From Eledone cirrhosa (lineage: Eukaryota): a stretch of DNA of 64,000 bases. Below are positions 53,701 through 64,000 of the stretch, piece by piece. Each line of letters begins with the position of its first letter. Positions within the stretch are counted from its first letter, which is position 1. The notes beneath the pieces were generated by a model that saw nothing but the letters and a program-made list of their open reading frames with translations, was not told where the DNA came from and ran no database searches. The DNA lies in the NCBI GenBank assembly GCA_964016885.1, contig OZ024741.1:154628001-154692000 (forward strand), in the 5' to 3' direction. The translations under genes were made by a program, and so were the position numbers.

Positions 53701-56700
53701 TAAGTAGTGATGGTGGTGGTGCTGTTGTTGGTACTGTGTTTTGGTGTAAGTAGTGATGGTGGTGGTGCTGTTGTTGGTACTGTGTTTTGGTGTAAGTAGT
53801 GATGGTGGTGGTGCTGTTGTTGGTACTGTGTTTTGGTGTAAGTAGTGATGGTGGTGGTGCTGTTGTTGGTACTGTGTTTTGGTGTAAGTAGTGATGGTGG
53901 TGGTGCTGTTGTTGGTACTGTGTTTTGGTGTAAGTAGTGATGGTGGTGGTGCTGTTGTTGGTACTCTGTTTTGGTGTAAGTAGTGATGGTGGTGGTGCTG
54001 TTGTTGGTACTGTGTTTTGGTGTAAGTAGTGATGGTGGTGGTGTTGTTGGTACTGTGTTTTGGTGTAAGTAGTGATGGTGGTGGTGGTGTTGTTGGTACT
54101 GTGTTTTGGTGTAAGTAGTGATGGTGGTGGTGCTGTTGTTGGTACTGTGTTTTGGTGTAAGTAGTGATGGTGGTGGTGGTGCTGTTGGTACTGTGTTTTG
54201 GTGTAAGTAGTGAAGGTGGTGGTGCTGTTGTTGGTACTGTGTGTTGGTGTAAGTAGTGATGGTGGTGGTGTTGTTGGTACTGTGTTTTGGTGTAAGTAGT
54301 GATGGTGGTGGTACTGTTGTTGGTACTGTGTGTTGGTGTAAGTAGTGATAGTGGTGGTACTGTTGTTGGTACTGTGTTTTAGTGTAAGTAGTGATGGTGG
54401 TGGTACTGTTGTTGGTACTGTGTTTTGGTGTAAGTAGTGATGGTGATGGTACTGTTGTTGGTACTGTGTTTTGGTGTAAGTAGTGATGGTGGTGGTGCTG
54501 TTGTTGGTACTGTGTTTTGGTGTAAGTAGTGATGGTGGTGGTACTGTTGTTGGTACTGTGTTTTGGTGTAAGTAGTGATGGTGGTGGTGCTGTTGTTGGT
54601 ACTGTGTTTTGGTGTAAGTAGTGATGGTGGTGGTACTGTTGTTGGTACTGTGTTTTGGTGTAAGTAGTGATGGTGGTGGTGCTGTTGTTGGTACTGTGTT
54701 TTGGTGTAAGTAGTGATGGTGGTGGTACTGTTGTTGGTACTGTGTTTTGTTGTAAGTAGTGATGGTGGTGGTGCTGTTGTTGGTACTGTGTTTTGGTGTA
54801 AGTAGTGATGGTGGTGGTGCTGTTATTGGTACTGTGTTTTGGTGTTAGTAGTGATGGTGGTGGTGGTGTTGTTGGTACTGTGTTTTGGTGTAAGTAGTGA
54901 TGGTGGTGGTGCTGTTATTGGTACTGTGTTTTGGTGTAAGTAGTGATGGTGGTGGTGCTGTTATTGGTACTGTGTTTTGGTGTAAGTAGTGATGGTGGTG
55001 GTGCTGTTGTTGGTACTGTGTTTTGGTGTAAGTAGTGATGGTGGTGGTGGTGCTGTTGTTGGTACTGTGTTTTGGTGTAAGTAGTGATGGTGGTGGTGCT
55101 GTTATTGGTACTGTGTTTTGGTGTAAGTAGTGATGGTGGTGGTGCTGTTATTGGTACTGTGTTTTGGTGTAAGTAGTGATGGTGGTGGTGCTGTTGTAGG
55201 TACTGTGTTTTGGTGTAAGTAGTGATGGTGGTGGTGGTGCTGTTGTTGGTACTGTGTTTTGGTGTAAGTAGTGATGGTGGTGGTGCTGTTATTGGTACTG
55301 TGTTTTGGTGTAAGTAGTGATGGTGGTGGTGCTGTTGTTGGTACTGTGTTTTGGTGTAAGTAGTGATGGTGGTGGTGGTGCTGTTGTTGGTACTGTGTTT
55401 TGGTGTAAGTAGTGATGGTGGTGGTGCTGTTGTTGGTACTGTGTTTTGGTGTAAGTAGTGATGGTGGTGGTGCTGTTATTGGTACTGTGTTTTGGTGTAA
55501 GTAGTGATGGTGGTGGTGCTGTTATTGGTACTGTGTTTTGGTGTAAGTAGTGATGGTGGTGGTACTGTTGTTGGTACTGTGTTTTGGTGTAAGTAGTGAT
55601 GGTGGCGGTGCTGTTGTTGGTACTGTGTTTTGGTGTAAGTAGTGATGGTGGTGGTGGTGCTGTTGTTGGTACTGTGTTTTGGTGTAAGTAGTGATGGTGG
55701 TGGTGCTGTTATTGGTACTGTGTTTTGGTGTAAGTAGTGATGGTGGTGGTGCTGTTATTGGTACTGTGTTTTGGTGTAAGTAGTGATGGTGGTGGTGCTG
55801 TTGTTGGTACTGTGTTTTGGTGTAAGTAGTGATGGTGGTGGTGGTGCTGTTGTTGGTACTGTGTTTTGGTGTAAGTAGTGATGGTGGTGGTGCTGTTGTT
55901 GGTACTGTGTTTTGGTGTAAGTAGTGATGGTGGTGGTGCTGTTATTGGTACTGTGTTTTGGTGTAAGTAGTGATGGTGGTGGTGCTGTTATTGGTACTGT
56001 GTTTTGGTGTAAGTAGTGATGGTGGTGGTACTGTTGTTGGTACTGTGTTTTGGTGTAAGTAGTGATGGTGGTGGTGCTGTTATTGGTACTGTGTTTTGGT
56101 GTAAGTAGTGATGGTGGTGGTGCTGTTATTGGTACTGTGTTTTGGTGTAAGTAGTGATGGTGGTGGTGCTGTTGTTGGTACTGTGTTTTGGTGTAAGTAG
56201 TGATGGTGGTGGTGCTGTTGTTGGTACTGTGTTTTGGTGTAAGTAGTGATGGTGGTGGTGCTGTTATTGGTACTGTGTTTTGGTGTAAGTAGTGATGGTG
56301 GTGGTGCTGTTATTGGTACTGTGTTTTGGTGTAAGTAGTGATGGTGGTGGTGCTCTTGTTGGTACTGTGTTTTGGTGTAAGTAGTGATGGTGGTGGTGCT
56401 GTTGTTGGTACTGTGTTTTGGTGTAAGTAGTGATGGTGGTGGTGCTGTTATTGGTACTGTGTTTTGGTGTAAGTAGTGATGGTGGTGGTGCTGTTATTGG
56501 TACTGTGTTTTGGTGTAAGTAGTGATGGTGGTGGTGCTGTTGTTGGTACTGTGTTTTGGTGTAAGTAGTGATGGTGGTGGTGCTGTTGTTGGTACTGTGT
56601 TTTGGTGTAAGTAGTGATGGTGGTGGTGCTGTTATTGGTACTGTGTGTTGGTGTAAGTAGTGATGGTGGTGGTGCTGTTATTGGTACTGTGTGTTGGTGT

Positions 56701-57510
56701 AAGTAGTGATGGTGGTGGTGCTGTTATTGGTACCGTGTTTTGGTGTAAGTGGTGATGGTGGTGGTGCTGTGTTTTGGTGTAAGTAGTGATGGTTGTGGTG
56801 CTGTTGTTGGTACTGTGTTTTGGTGTAAGTAGTGACGGTGGTGGTGCTGTTATTGGTACTGTGTGTTGGTGTAAGTAGTGATGGTGGTGGTGCTGTTATT
56901 GGTACTGTGTGTTGGTGTAAGTAGTGATGGTGGTGGTACTGTTATTGGTACTGTGTGTTGGTGTAAGTAGTGATGGTGGTGGTGCTGTTATTTGTACTGT
57001 GTGTTGGTGTAAGTAGTGATGGTGGTGGTGCTGTTGTTGGTACTGTGTTTTGGTGTAAGTAGTGATGGTGGTGGTGCTGTTATTGGTACCGTGTTTTGGT
57101 GTAAGTGGTGATGGTGGTGGTGCTGTGTTTTGGTGTAAGTAGTGATGGTGGTGGTGCTGTTGTTGGTACTGTGTTTTGGTGTAAGTAGTGATGGTGGTGG
57201 TGCTGTTGTTGGTACTGTGTCTTGGTGTAAGTAGTGATGGTGGTGGTGCTGTTATTGGTGTAAGTAGTGATGGTGGTGGTACTGTTTTTGGTACTTTGTT
57301 TTGGTGTAAGTAGTGATGGTGGTGGTGCTGTTGTTGGTACTGTGTTTTGGTGTAAGTAGTGATGGTGGTGATGCTGTTGTTGGTACTGTGTTTTGGTGTA
57401 AGTAGTGATGGTGGTGGTGCAGTTGTTGGTACTGTGTTTTGGTGTAAGTAGTGATGGTGGTGGTGCTGTTGTTGGTACTGTGTTTTGGTGTAAGTAGTGA
57501 TGGTGGTGGT
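35740..57510. repeat. Giant 46-bp minisatellite, ~470 units (~21.8 kb)
   Basis: Unit gtgtaagtagtgatggtggtggtgctgttgttggtactgtgttttg; period 46 (35761 to 35807); 33-, 43-, 47- and 49-bp variants. Confidence 0.98.
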
Positions 57511-57516
57511 ACTCAC

Positions 57517-57660
57517 CACATCCACTTGTCCCTATTATATTGTTTCTATGAAACGATATTGTTAAGAAGTGAATGAAAATTATCAGTGATGGGGAGGGGC
57601 AGATCAAGTGAAATGGGGGATAAGGTGGATTGAGGGGAGGAGTCAAGAAGAGGATTTCAG
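57517..57660 (-). other. Putative 144-bp exon of an unidentified minus-strand transcript
   Basis: Acceptor-like ttttgtag| at 57661 and donor GTG|gtgagt at 57516; one open frame (EILFLTPP...GTSGC); no recognisable homology. Confidence 0.35.
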
Positions 57661-58440
57661 CTACAAAATGACTTTTAAATTACAATCAATATATTAACTT
57701 CTCTCTTTCTTGTTTTCTCTCTCTCACTTTTTCTTTCTCTTTCTCTCTTTTTTCTGATTCTGTCTCTGTCATTCTCTCTCCATGTCGCTCTCTCTTTTTC
57801 CATCTTTCTCATTCTCCCAGTCTCTTTCTCTTTCCCCTCTCTCCCTTTGCTTCCATTTTTTCTCTATGTTATTCTCTCTCTCTCTCATTTATGGATATAG
57901 CATCAGATAGATGACTGTGTGTGAAGATCTGAGAAATGTTAGTAGATGGATCATCATCATCACCATCACCATCAACATCGTCATCATCATTGTAGTCATC
58001 AACACCAACACTATCATCACCATTGTTATCGACATTACCATTGTCATAATTTTTACTCCAGCTTTCCCTTACTTGCATGAGCTAGATGCATCTCTCCTTT
58101 TGTCTCTTTCTTGTGTCATCCCGTCCGTAAGGTGTAGTTTCTTGAGATTATCTTTCACCACCTCTGCCCTCGTCTTTCTTGGTTTTCCTTTAACATAACT
58201 TTCTTCCACTGGGAACTCTTAGCACTTCTTCAACCAATGATAATTATCCACATATATTACATATCCATAGCAGTGCAATCTTCTCTCTTGTACGCAATCT
58301 CTGATCCTTCTTATGCTCATTTTTTTTTCTCAAACCATCCATGCTTTGGTGTTTATGCCCACTAATATTTCACATTCAATGGAACATGCTTGAATTGATT
58401 CTCTCCAACCTACACACATGCATATATATAATATATATAT

Positions 58441-58660
58441 AACAAAGAAAGTGTTGAAAGATACCAGGTGGACCATAACGCACCAGAGTACTAGATACTT
58501 AGGGTAGTAGAGTGGGTAATAGGAAAAGAGTCAGGACCCCGACGGCTGAGTTCTGGCCATTTCGACAGCTAGATCTGAATGCTAGATCCAAACTGTTTAG
58601 ATCTAGCTGAGCCGTCAAAACGGCCGGAACTCAGCTGTCGGGTCGTGACTCTTTTCCTAT
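58441..58660. mobile_element. Short element between TA runs containing a ~140-bp hairpin (58519-58660)
   Basis: ataggaaaagagtcaggaccccgacggctgagttctggcc pairs with ggccggaactcagctgtcgggtcgtgactcttttcctat; inner cagctagatct/agatctagctg. Confidence 0.7.
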
Positions 58661-58682
58661 ATATATATATATATATATATAT

Positions 58683-60703
58683 ATCATCATCATCATCATC
58701 ATCAACGTTTAACGTCCGTGTTCCACGCTTGCATGGGTTTGGACGGAGGTAGTCCCACTTGAGGCAAGAGTGATTGTCTTGCTCGCATAGGACTGTCTGG
58801 CAGGTTTTCTACAGTTGGATGCCCTTCCTAACACCAACCACATTTACAGTGTGGGTCTGGGAGGTTTTTACCGTGTTGCCTACACGGCCACATTACAGCG
58901 TGGACTGTGTGTTTTTTTGTCGTGACACCTACACGATCTCATTTGTTTCGGCCTGGATGGTGTGGCACCAACACAACTTTACATAGAACGGGGTGGTGTT
59001 GATGGGTTGGGGGTGGTGGGACGGGGGGGGGGGTATTTTGTTAGAGATGCCTACTGGCTGTAGTAGGTTTTACTATGTATTTAGGTAAGGCGGGTCTTCT
59101 CTGTTACTGAGTACCGCCAAAGGTCTCGGTCCAGTGACATTGTCTTGGAGAGGTGTAAGTGTGTGAGGTCGGAGTTTATCAGCTCGTCCCAGGTTTTTCT
59201 AGGTCTGCCTATTCCGTGGCTACCGTCTATCTTTATTGCCCTGCACTTTGTTATACAGCTATCGACTTTCATGCGCATCACGTGTCCATACCAACGTAGC
59301 CTTCTCTCGAGTAAACAACATCTGATCCCTCTTATTTCTAATTTTTTCCTTAGTTCGTTTATGCTTTGCCGTTCACGTATATTACTGTTACACATCCAGC
59401 GGAGCATGCAAGCTTCGTTCCTCTCTAGTCTGCGTATATCCTCTGCACACAATGCCCAGGTCTCACTGCCATGCAACATTGCTGTTCGTATGCAGGCATC
59501 GTACAACCTGCCTTTCATTTTTAGGGAGAACCCTTTAGCAGCTAATAGTGGTATAAGCTCTCTGAACTTTTTCCAACCAGTTCTGACTCTAGCTACTGTA
59601 CTTTCAGAGCACCCTCCCCCACTGCTGATTTTATCACCCAGGTAACGGAAACTGTCCACTATTTCTATAGAACCCTCTGCGCAATTGAAAGAGCTAGTAT
59701 TTTGTGGGCACTTGCTGCTACTTATTGCACCAGAGCACCGGCCACATGTAAAATCTATGTTCTTAGTTAGCTTACCTGTGATCCCACTACATCTTTTATG
59801 CACCCATACTTTGCATTTAGGACATAAAATGGAGTTTCTACCTACGCCTTTCCTACACACCGAGCACGGCCATTTCCCAGAAGGGACCGCCGCCTTATTT
59901 TCTTTCCTACAAACTAGAACTTTAGTCTTAGCCAGGTTAATTTTAAGGCCTTTTGATTCTAGGCCGTGCTTCCATGTTTGGAATTTCTTCTCTAGCTCGG
60001 TCATTGATTCCGCTATGAGTGTCAGGTCATCTGCGTATAGGAGTTCCCATGGGCAGCCGGTCTTGAACTCCTCTGTTATAGCCTGAAGGGCAATAATAAA
60101 TAGTAGGGGGCTGAGAACAGAGCCCTGATGGACGCCAACTTTTACGCTAAACTCTTCACTATATTCGTTGTTAATTCTAACCTTGCTGACTGTTTCTTTA
60201 TACATGGCTTGTATAGCTCTCACAAGCCATTCGTCAACGCCTAGTTTTCTAAGAGCCCACCAGATAATGGAGCGGGGGACTCTGTCGAAGGCTTTCTCCA
60301 AGTCGACAAAAGCTAAGTAGAGGGGTTTACCTTTAGCTAGGTACTTCTCCTGTAGTTGTCGTACAATGAAAAGAGCGTCTGTGGTACTTTTGCCTGACAC
60401 AAACCCGAACTGCATTTCATCTAGGTCAATTCTCTCTCTGATTAGTTGTGCTATTACTTTTTCCGTGACCTTCATGACCTGGTCGATTAATTTAATGCCT
60501 CTATAGTTACTCCTATCTAGGGCGTCTCCTTTACCCTTATAACAGTTAACGATGATGCTGCTATGCCAGTCCTTCGGAACAACCCCATTCTGTACGACTT
60601 GGTTAACTATGCGGGTGACCATGGTGTGTCCCACCGTGCCAGATGCCTTCAGCATCTCAGCAACTATTTCCGAAGGCCCAGCCGCCTTACCCGTCTTCAT
60701 ATC
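58683..60703 (-). mobile_element. 5'-truncated RTE LINE (copy 4), near-identical to copy 1
   Basis: (GAT)n tail at 58683, 3' UTR matching 7297-7677, open RT frame. Confidence 0.96.
59081..60700 (-). CDS. RTE reverse transcriptase, uninterrupted 539-aa frame (5'-truncated) with embedded PHD finger
   Basis: ORF 59081..60700: NYRGI, QFGF, DLEKAFD, QGSVLSP, YADD, C4HC3 finger, YLG, RLRWYGHV, GRPRKTW; the start Met is internal. Confidence 0.85.
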   Translation of the reverse strand: MKTGKAAGPSEIVAEMLKASGTVGHTMVTRIVNQVVQNGVVPKDWHSSIIVNCYKGKGDALDRSNYRGIKLIDQVMKVTEKVIAQLIRERIDLDEMQFGFVSGKSTTDALFIVRQLQEKYLAKGKPLYLAFVDLEKAFDRVPRSIIWWALRKLGVDEWLVRAIQAMYKETVSKVRINNEYSEEFSVKVGVHQGSVLSPLLFIIALQAITEEFKTGCPWELLYADDLTLIAESMTELEKKFQTWKHGLESKGLKINLAKTKVLVCRKENKAAVPSGKWPCSVCRKGVGRNSILCPKCKVWVHKRCSGITGKLTKNIDFTCGRCSGAISSSKCPQNTSSFNCAEGSIEIVDSFRYLGDKISSGGGCSESTVARVRTGWKKFRELIPLLAAKGFSLKMKGRLYDACIRTAMLHGSETWALCAEDIRRLERNEACMLRWMCNSNIRERQSINELRKKLEIRGIRCCLLERRLRWYGHVMRMKVDSCITKCRAIKIDGSHGIGRPRKTWDELINSDLTHLHLSKTMSLDRDLWRYSVTEKTRLT

Positions 60704-60799
60704 ATAGATATATATATATGGATCACATAACCACTTTGTGTTAACAAGCAGGTGAGTGGTCTACCGCTGCTATTTTTAACTATCTATCTATCATAGAAC

Positions 60800-61254
60800 G
60801 CGTCTGAAAGGACTGAGGTCCGACACCTTTCTCTCTGGCCAACAACTGGTCCGTTTCTTCCGATATCATTTCGGAAGAAGGATCAGGATGGAGAGAGAGG
60901 TGCTGCACCCCAGCCGTTTCTATGAAAGATGGGTGAAAGTGGCGAGAATGGCTCGTGTGAATGGGCCTTCACTCTACATCAGACTATAGGTGAGGAAGAT
61001 GAAAGACCAAGGGAGCACCCCTTCTCTGTGCTCCTGAGGAGAAGGGTTGCACACTTTTTTCGGGGGTGTGTGCGACCCCCCAAGGCGCCTCCTCTCTATT
61101 GAGGACTTTGTTATAAATTTTATTTTTTGTTATATTTTATTTTATTTTAATATATTGTTATTGCCTCCTCCTTATTGAGGACGCCTTGTTTTGTAAACTC
61201 CCCCCCATTGTACTTGTCCCACTTTTGATGCCCTGGTAGCAAATAAAAGAAACA
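60800..61254 (+). mobile_element. 5'-truncated L1/Tx1-like insertion with 15-bp target-site duplication
   Basis: TSD tatctatcatagaac at 60785-60799 and 61255-61269; open frame RLKGLRSD..FFRYHFGRRIRMERE...FYERWVKVA..* then 3' UTR with aataaa; clade call is inference. Confidence 0.7.
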
Positions 61255-61652
61255 TATCTATCATAGAACAATAAAAGCAACATATATCTATTTGTCTGAC
61301 TGTCTGACTGTCAGTCTGTCTATCTTTCTATCTACCAACCTACAAACATACCTCAACAACAAACCACAAATCCCAATAGCAATCCGAAAATAGACAGATA
61401 GTCTTGTAATTGATTTAACTGAATACCAAATGAAATAGGGTGGAGGCCAGGGTGACAAGAGGGGGAAAGAGTGTCATGATAAATCAAGGATTCAAGCATC
61501 TTTACATAGAATGTTACAATTAAGAAATTCATCATCATCAAGTTTTCTATTATTGGTTACCCTTAATATCACCAACCACTCTAAAGAATGGACTGGGTGC
61601 AGTTATTGTGTAAATAACCAACATTCGGGAGATTAGCTGAAGAGTCCTCCCA

Positions 61653-61766
61653 ACAAATTAAGGAGTAATTTAATAATTAAAGGTTTGAGGAATTCCTCTC
61701 ATTGAGATGTTTAAGTATTAGTGATCAATTAACCTTTAATTATTATTAAACTACTCCTTAATTTGT
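61653..61766. repeat. Imperfect ~33-bp inverted repeat
   Basis: acaaattaaggagtaatttaataattaaaggtt vs aacctttaattattattaaactactccttaatttgt. Confidence 0.75.
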
Positions 61767-62130
61767 CAAGTTGTCTAGCGACATTGTAAGCCAGTCGTAT
61801 AGTCCTAATATGTTAGGGGATGTTTGAATGTGTAACACTGCGTGTTTTTAATTCGGCAGAGTATAGGCAAATGGAACAGTATGTATGATTTCTTGGTCAA
61901 TTTCTTTTAGATTTTGAAGAATTAAACTGGCCTGCAGATGATGGTGGATTCTTCAATTATTGGTGGTTCCAATAAGAATTCTTCCCCATATTAAATCATG
62001 GTAAAGAGATTTAATTATAAGCAAGTTTAGATAGAATATTATTTTTGTCCTTCTTGTTTATACTCTCATAAATTGAGTTTTTTCTTGCTTAAATTTAATA
62101 TATAATATTGCTTCTCTGACAAATATATAT

Positions 62131-62284
62131 ATCATCCTCATCATCGTCGTCATCGTCTTCATCGTCTTCATCATCATCATCCTCATCATCGTCTTCATCA
62201 TCATCATCCTCATCATCGTCGTCATCGTCTTCATCATCATCATTGTCATCATCATCATCATCATCAATCATCATCATCATCATC
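62131..62284. repeat. Compound (CAT/CGT/CTT) triplet repeat continuous with the tail of RTE copy 5
   Basis: Direct reading. Confidence 0.85.
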
Positions 62285-64000
62285 GTTTAACGTCCATTTT
62301 CCACGCTAGCATGGGTTAGACGGGAGTTGTCCCACTTGAGGCAAGGCTGGTCCCACTTGAGGCAAGGCTGGTCCCACTTGAGGCAAGGCTGGTCTCGCTC
62401 ATATAGGACTATCTGGCAGGTTTTCTACAGCTGGGTGCCCTTCCTAACACCAACCACATTTACAGTGTGGGGCTGGGAGGTTTTTACCGTGTTACCTACA
62501 CGGCGACATTACAGCGTGGACTGTGTGTTTTTTTGTTGTGACACCTACACAATCTCAATCTCATTATCTCATTTATTTGGACTAGATGTTGTGGTACCAA
62601 CTTTATAGAGAGAGAGTGGTGTTGGTGGGAGTGGGAGGATGGGGTAGGGGCAGTGGATTGGGGTGTATATTTGGTTAAGAGGTGCCTACTGACTGTAGGT
62701 TTTGCTTTGTACATAGGCAAGGCGGGTCTTCTGTATTACTGCATAGCGCCAAAGATCTTGGTCCATTGACATTGTCTTAGAGAGATGCAAGTGTGCAAGG
62801 TCGGAATTTATTAGATCGTCCCAGGTTTTTCTGGGTCTACCTACTCCGTAACTACCATCAATTTTGATCGCCCTGCACTTTTTTATGCAGCTGTTGTCTT
62901 TCATGCGCATCATGTGACCATACCAACGTAGTCTTCTCTCAAGTAAACAGCATCTGATACCTCTTATTCCTAATTTCTTAATTAGTTCATTTATGCTTTG
63001 CCGTTCACGTATATTACTATTACACATCCAACGGAGCATGCATGCTTGGTTCCTTTCCAGTCTACGCAGGTCCTCTGCACGTAATGCCCATGTCTCACTG
63101 CCACGTAGCATTGCTGTTCGTATACAGGCATCATACAATCTGCCTTTCATTTTTAGAGAGAAAACTTTTGTGGCGAACAGCGGTATAAGCTCTCTGAACT
63201 TTTTCCATCCTGTTCTGACTCTGGCTACTGTACTTTCAGAACACCCTCCCCCACTGCTGATTTTGTCACCCAGGTAACGGAAAGTGTCTACTATTTCTAT
63301 AGAACCATCTGGGCAATAGAAGGAGCTAGCATCCTGTGGACACTTGCTACATATTGCACCTGAGCATCGGCCACATATAAAGTCTACGTTCTTAGATAGT
63401 TTACCTGTGATTCCACTACATCTTTTATGTACCCATACATTGCATTTGGGACATGAAATGGAATTTCTGCCTACTCCTTTCCTACACACTCATTGGGCAT
63501 GGCCATTTCTCTGGGGGCACCTGTGCCCTATTTTTCTTTCTACAAACTAGAACTTTAGTCTTAGACAAGTTAACTTTAAGGCCTTTTGATTCTAGGCCAT
63601 GCTTCCATGTTTCAAATTTCTTCTCTAGTTCAGCCATTGATTCAGCTATGAGTGTTAGATCATCTGCGTATAGGAGTTCCCATGGGCAGCCGGTCTTGAA
63701 CTCCTCTGTTATAGCCTGAAGGGCAATAATAAATAGGAGGGGGCTAAGGACAGATCCTTGATGAACGCCAACTTTTACACTAAATTCTTCACAATATTCA
63801 TTGTTAATTCTAACCTTACTGACTGTTTCATTATACATAGCTTGTATAGCTCTCACAAGCCATTCATCTACACCTAGTTTTCTAAGAGCCCACCAGATAA
63901 TGGAGCAGGGGACTCTGTCAAAGGCTTTCTCCAGGTCTACAAAAGCTAAGTAGAGGGGTTTACTTTTAGCTAGGTACTTCTCTTGTAGTTGTTGTACAAG
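62258..64000 (-). mobile_element. RTE LINE copy 5 (sister subfamily of copies 1/4), runs off the window; frameshift near 63490
   Basis: ORFs 63482..63856 (YADD) and 62686..63489; 3' UTR homologous to copy 4, with 21-bp triplication at ~62329-62391. Confidence 0.94.

Noticed and set aside
35740-57510. CRISPR-like array or one giant mucin-like CDS
   Set aside because: No unique spacers and no cas genes; + strand has stops in every unit; consecutive ttttAg variants place TAA in all minus frames
35740-57510. Telomeric repeat
   Set aside because: No TTAGGG-type short unit, and unique sequence lies on both sides
61630-62050. Hammerhead core (ctgaaga at ~61637) and a Penelope RT remnant
   Set aside because: No stem II plus GAAA follows; peptide similarity is too weak to call
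62058-62283. Poly-Asp or poly-Met ORFs (also 57869-58198)
   Set aside because: Expanded (CAT)n tails of RTE elements

Overview
Repeat-dominated, AT-rich eukaryotic DNA. It is probably an octopus or other coleoid cephalopod; this is inferred only from the SINE, LINE and microsatellite content. No host protein-coding gene can be called with confidence, and the long I/Y/M/C ORFs are translations of (TA)n. From 0.6-11.4 kb and 14.6-21.6 kb there are two strand-polarised (TA)n-derived arrays that hold many retroelement pieces. Five large RTE-clade LINE copies are present (APE endonuclease and/or RT). Every copy covering the region carries a C4HC3 PHD-type finger, whole or partly deleted, inside the RT domain. 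The longest copy has no AUG before its endonuclease and begins in what looks like the 3' half of an HDV-like ribozyme. Other repeats: a ~360-bp tandem satellite with two SINEs at the same unit position, a head-to-tail SINE cluster, mariner relics, a CRE-like endonuclease fragment, a Tx1/L1-like fragment with a 15-bp TSD, piggyBac-like MITEs and several fold-backs. A ~21.8-kb 46-bp minisatellite with internal block duplications starts right at a putative minus-strand splice donor.
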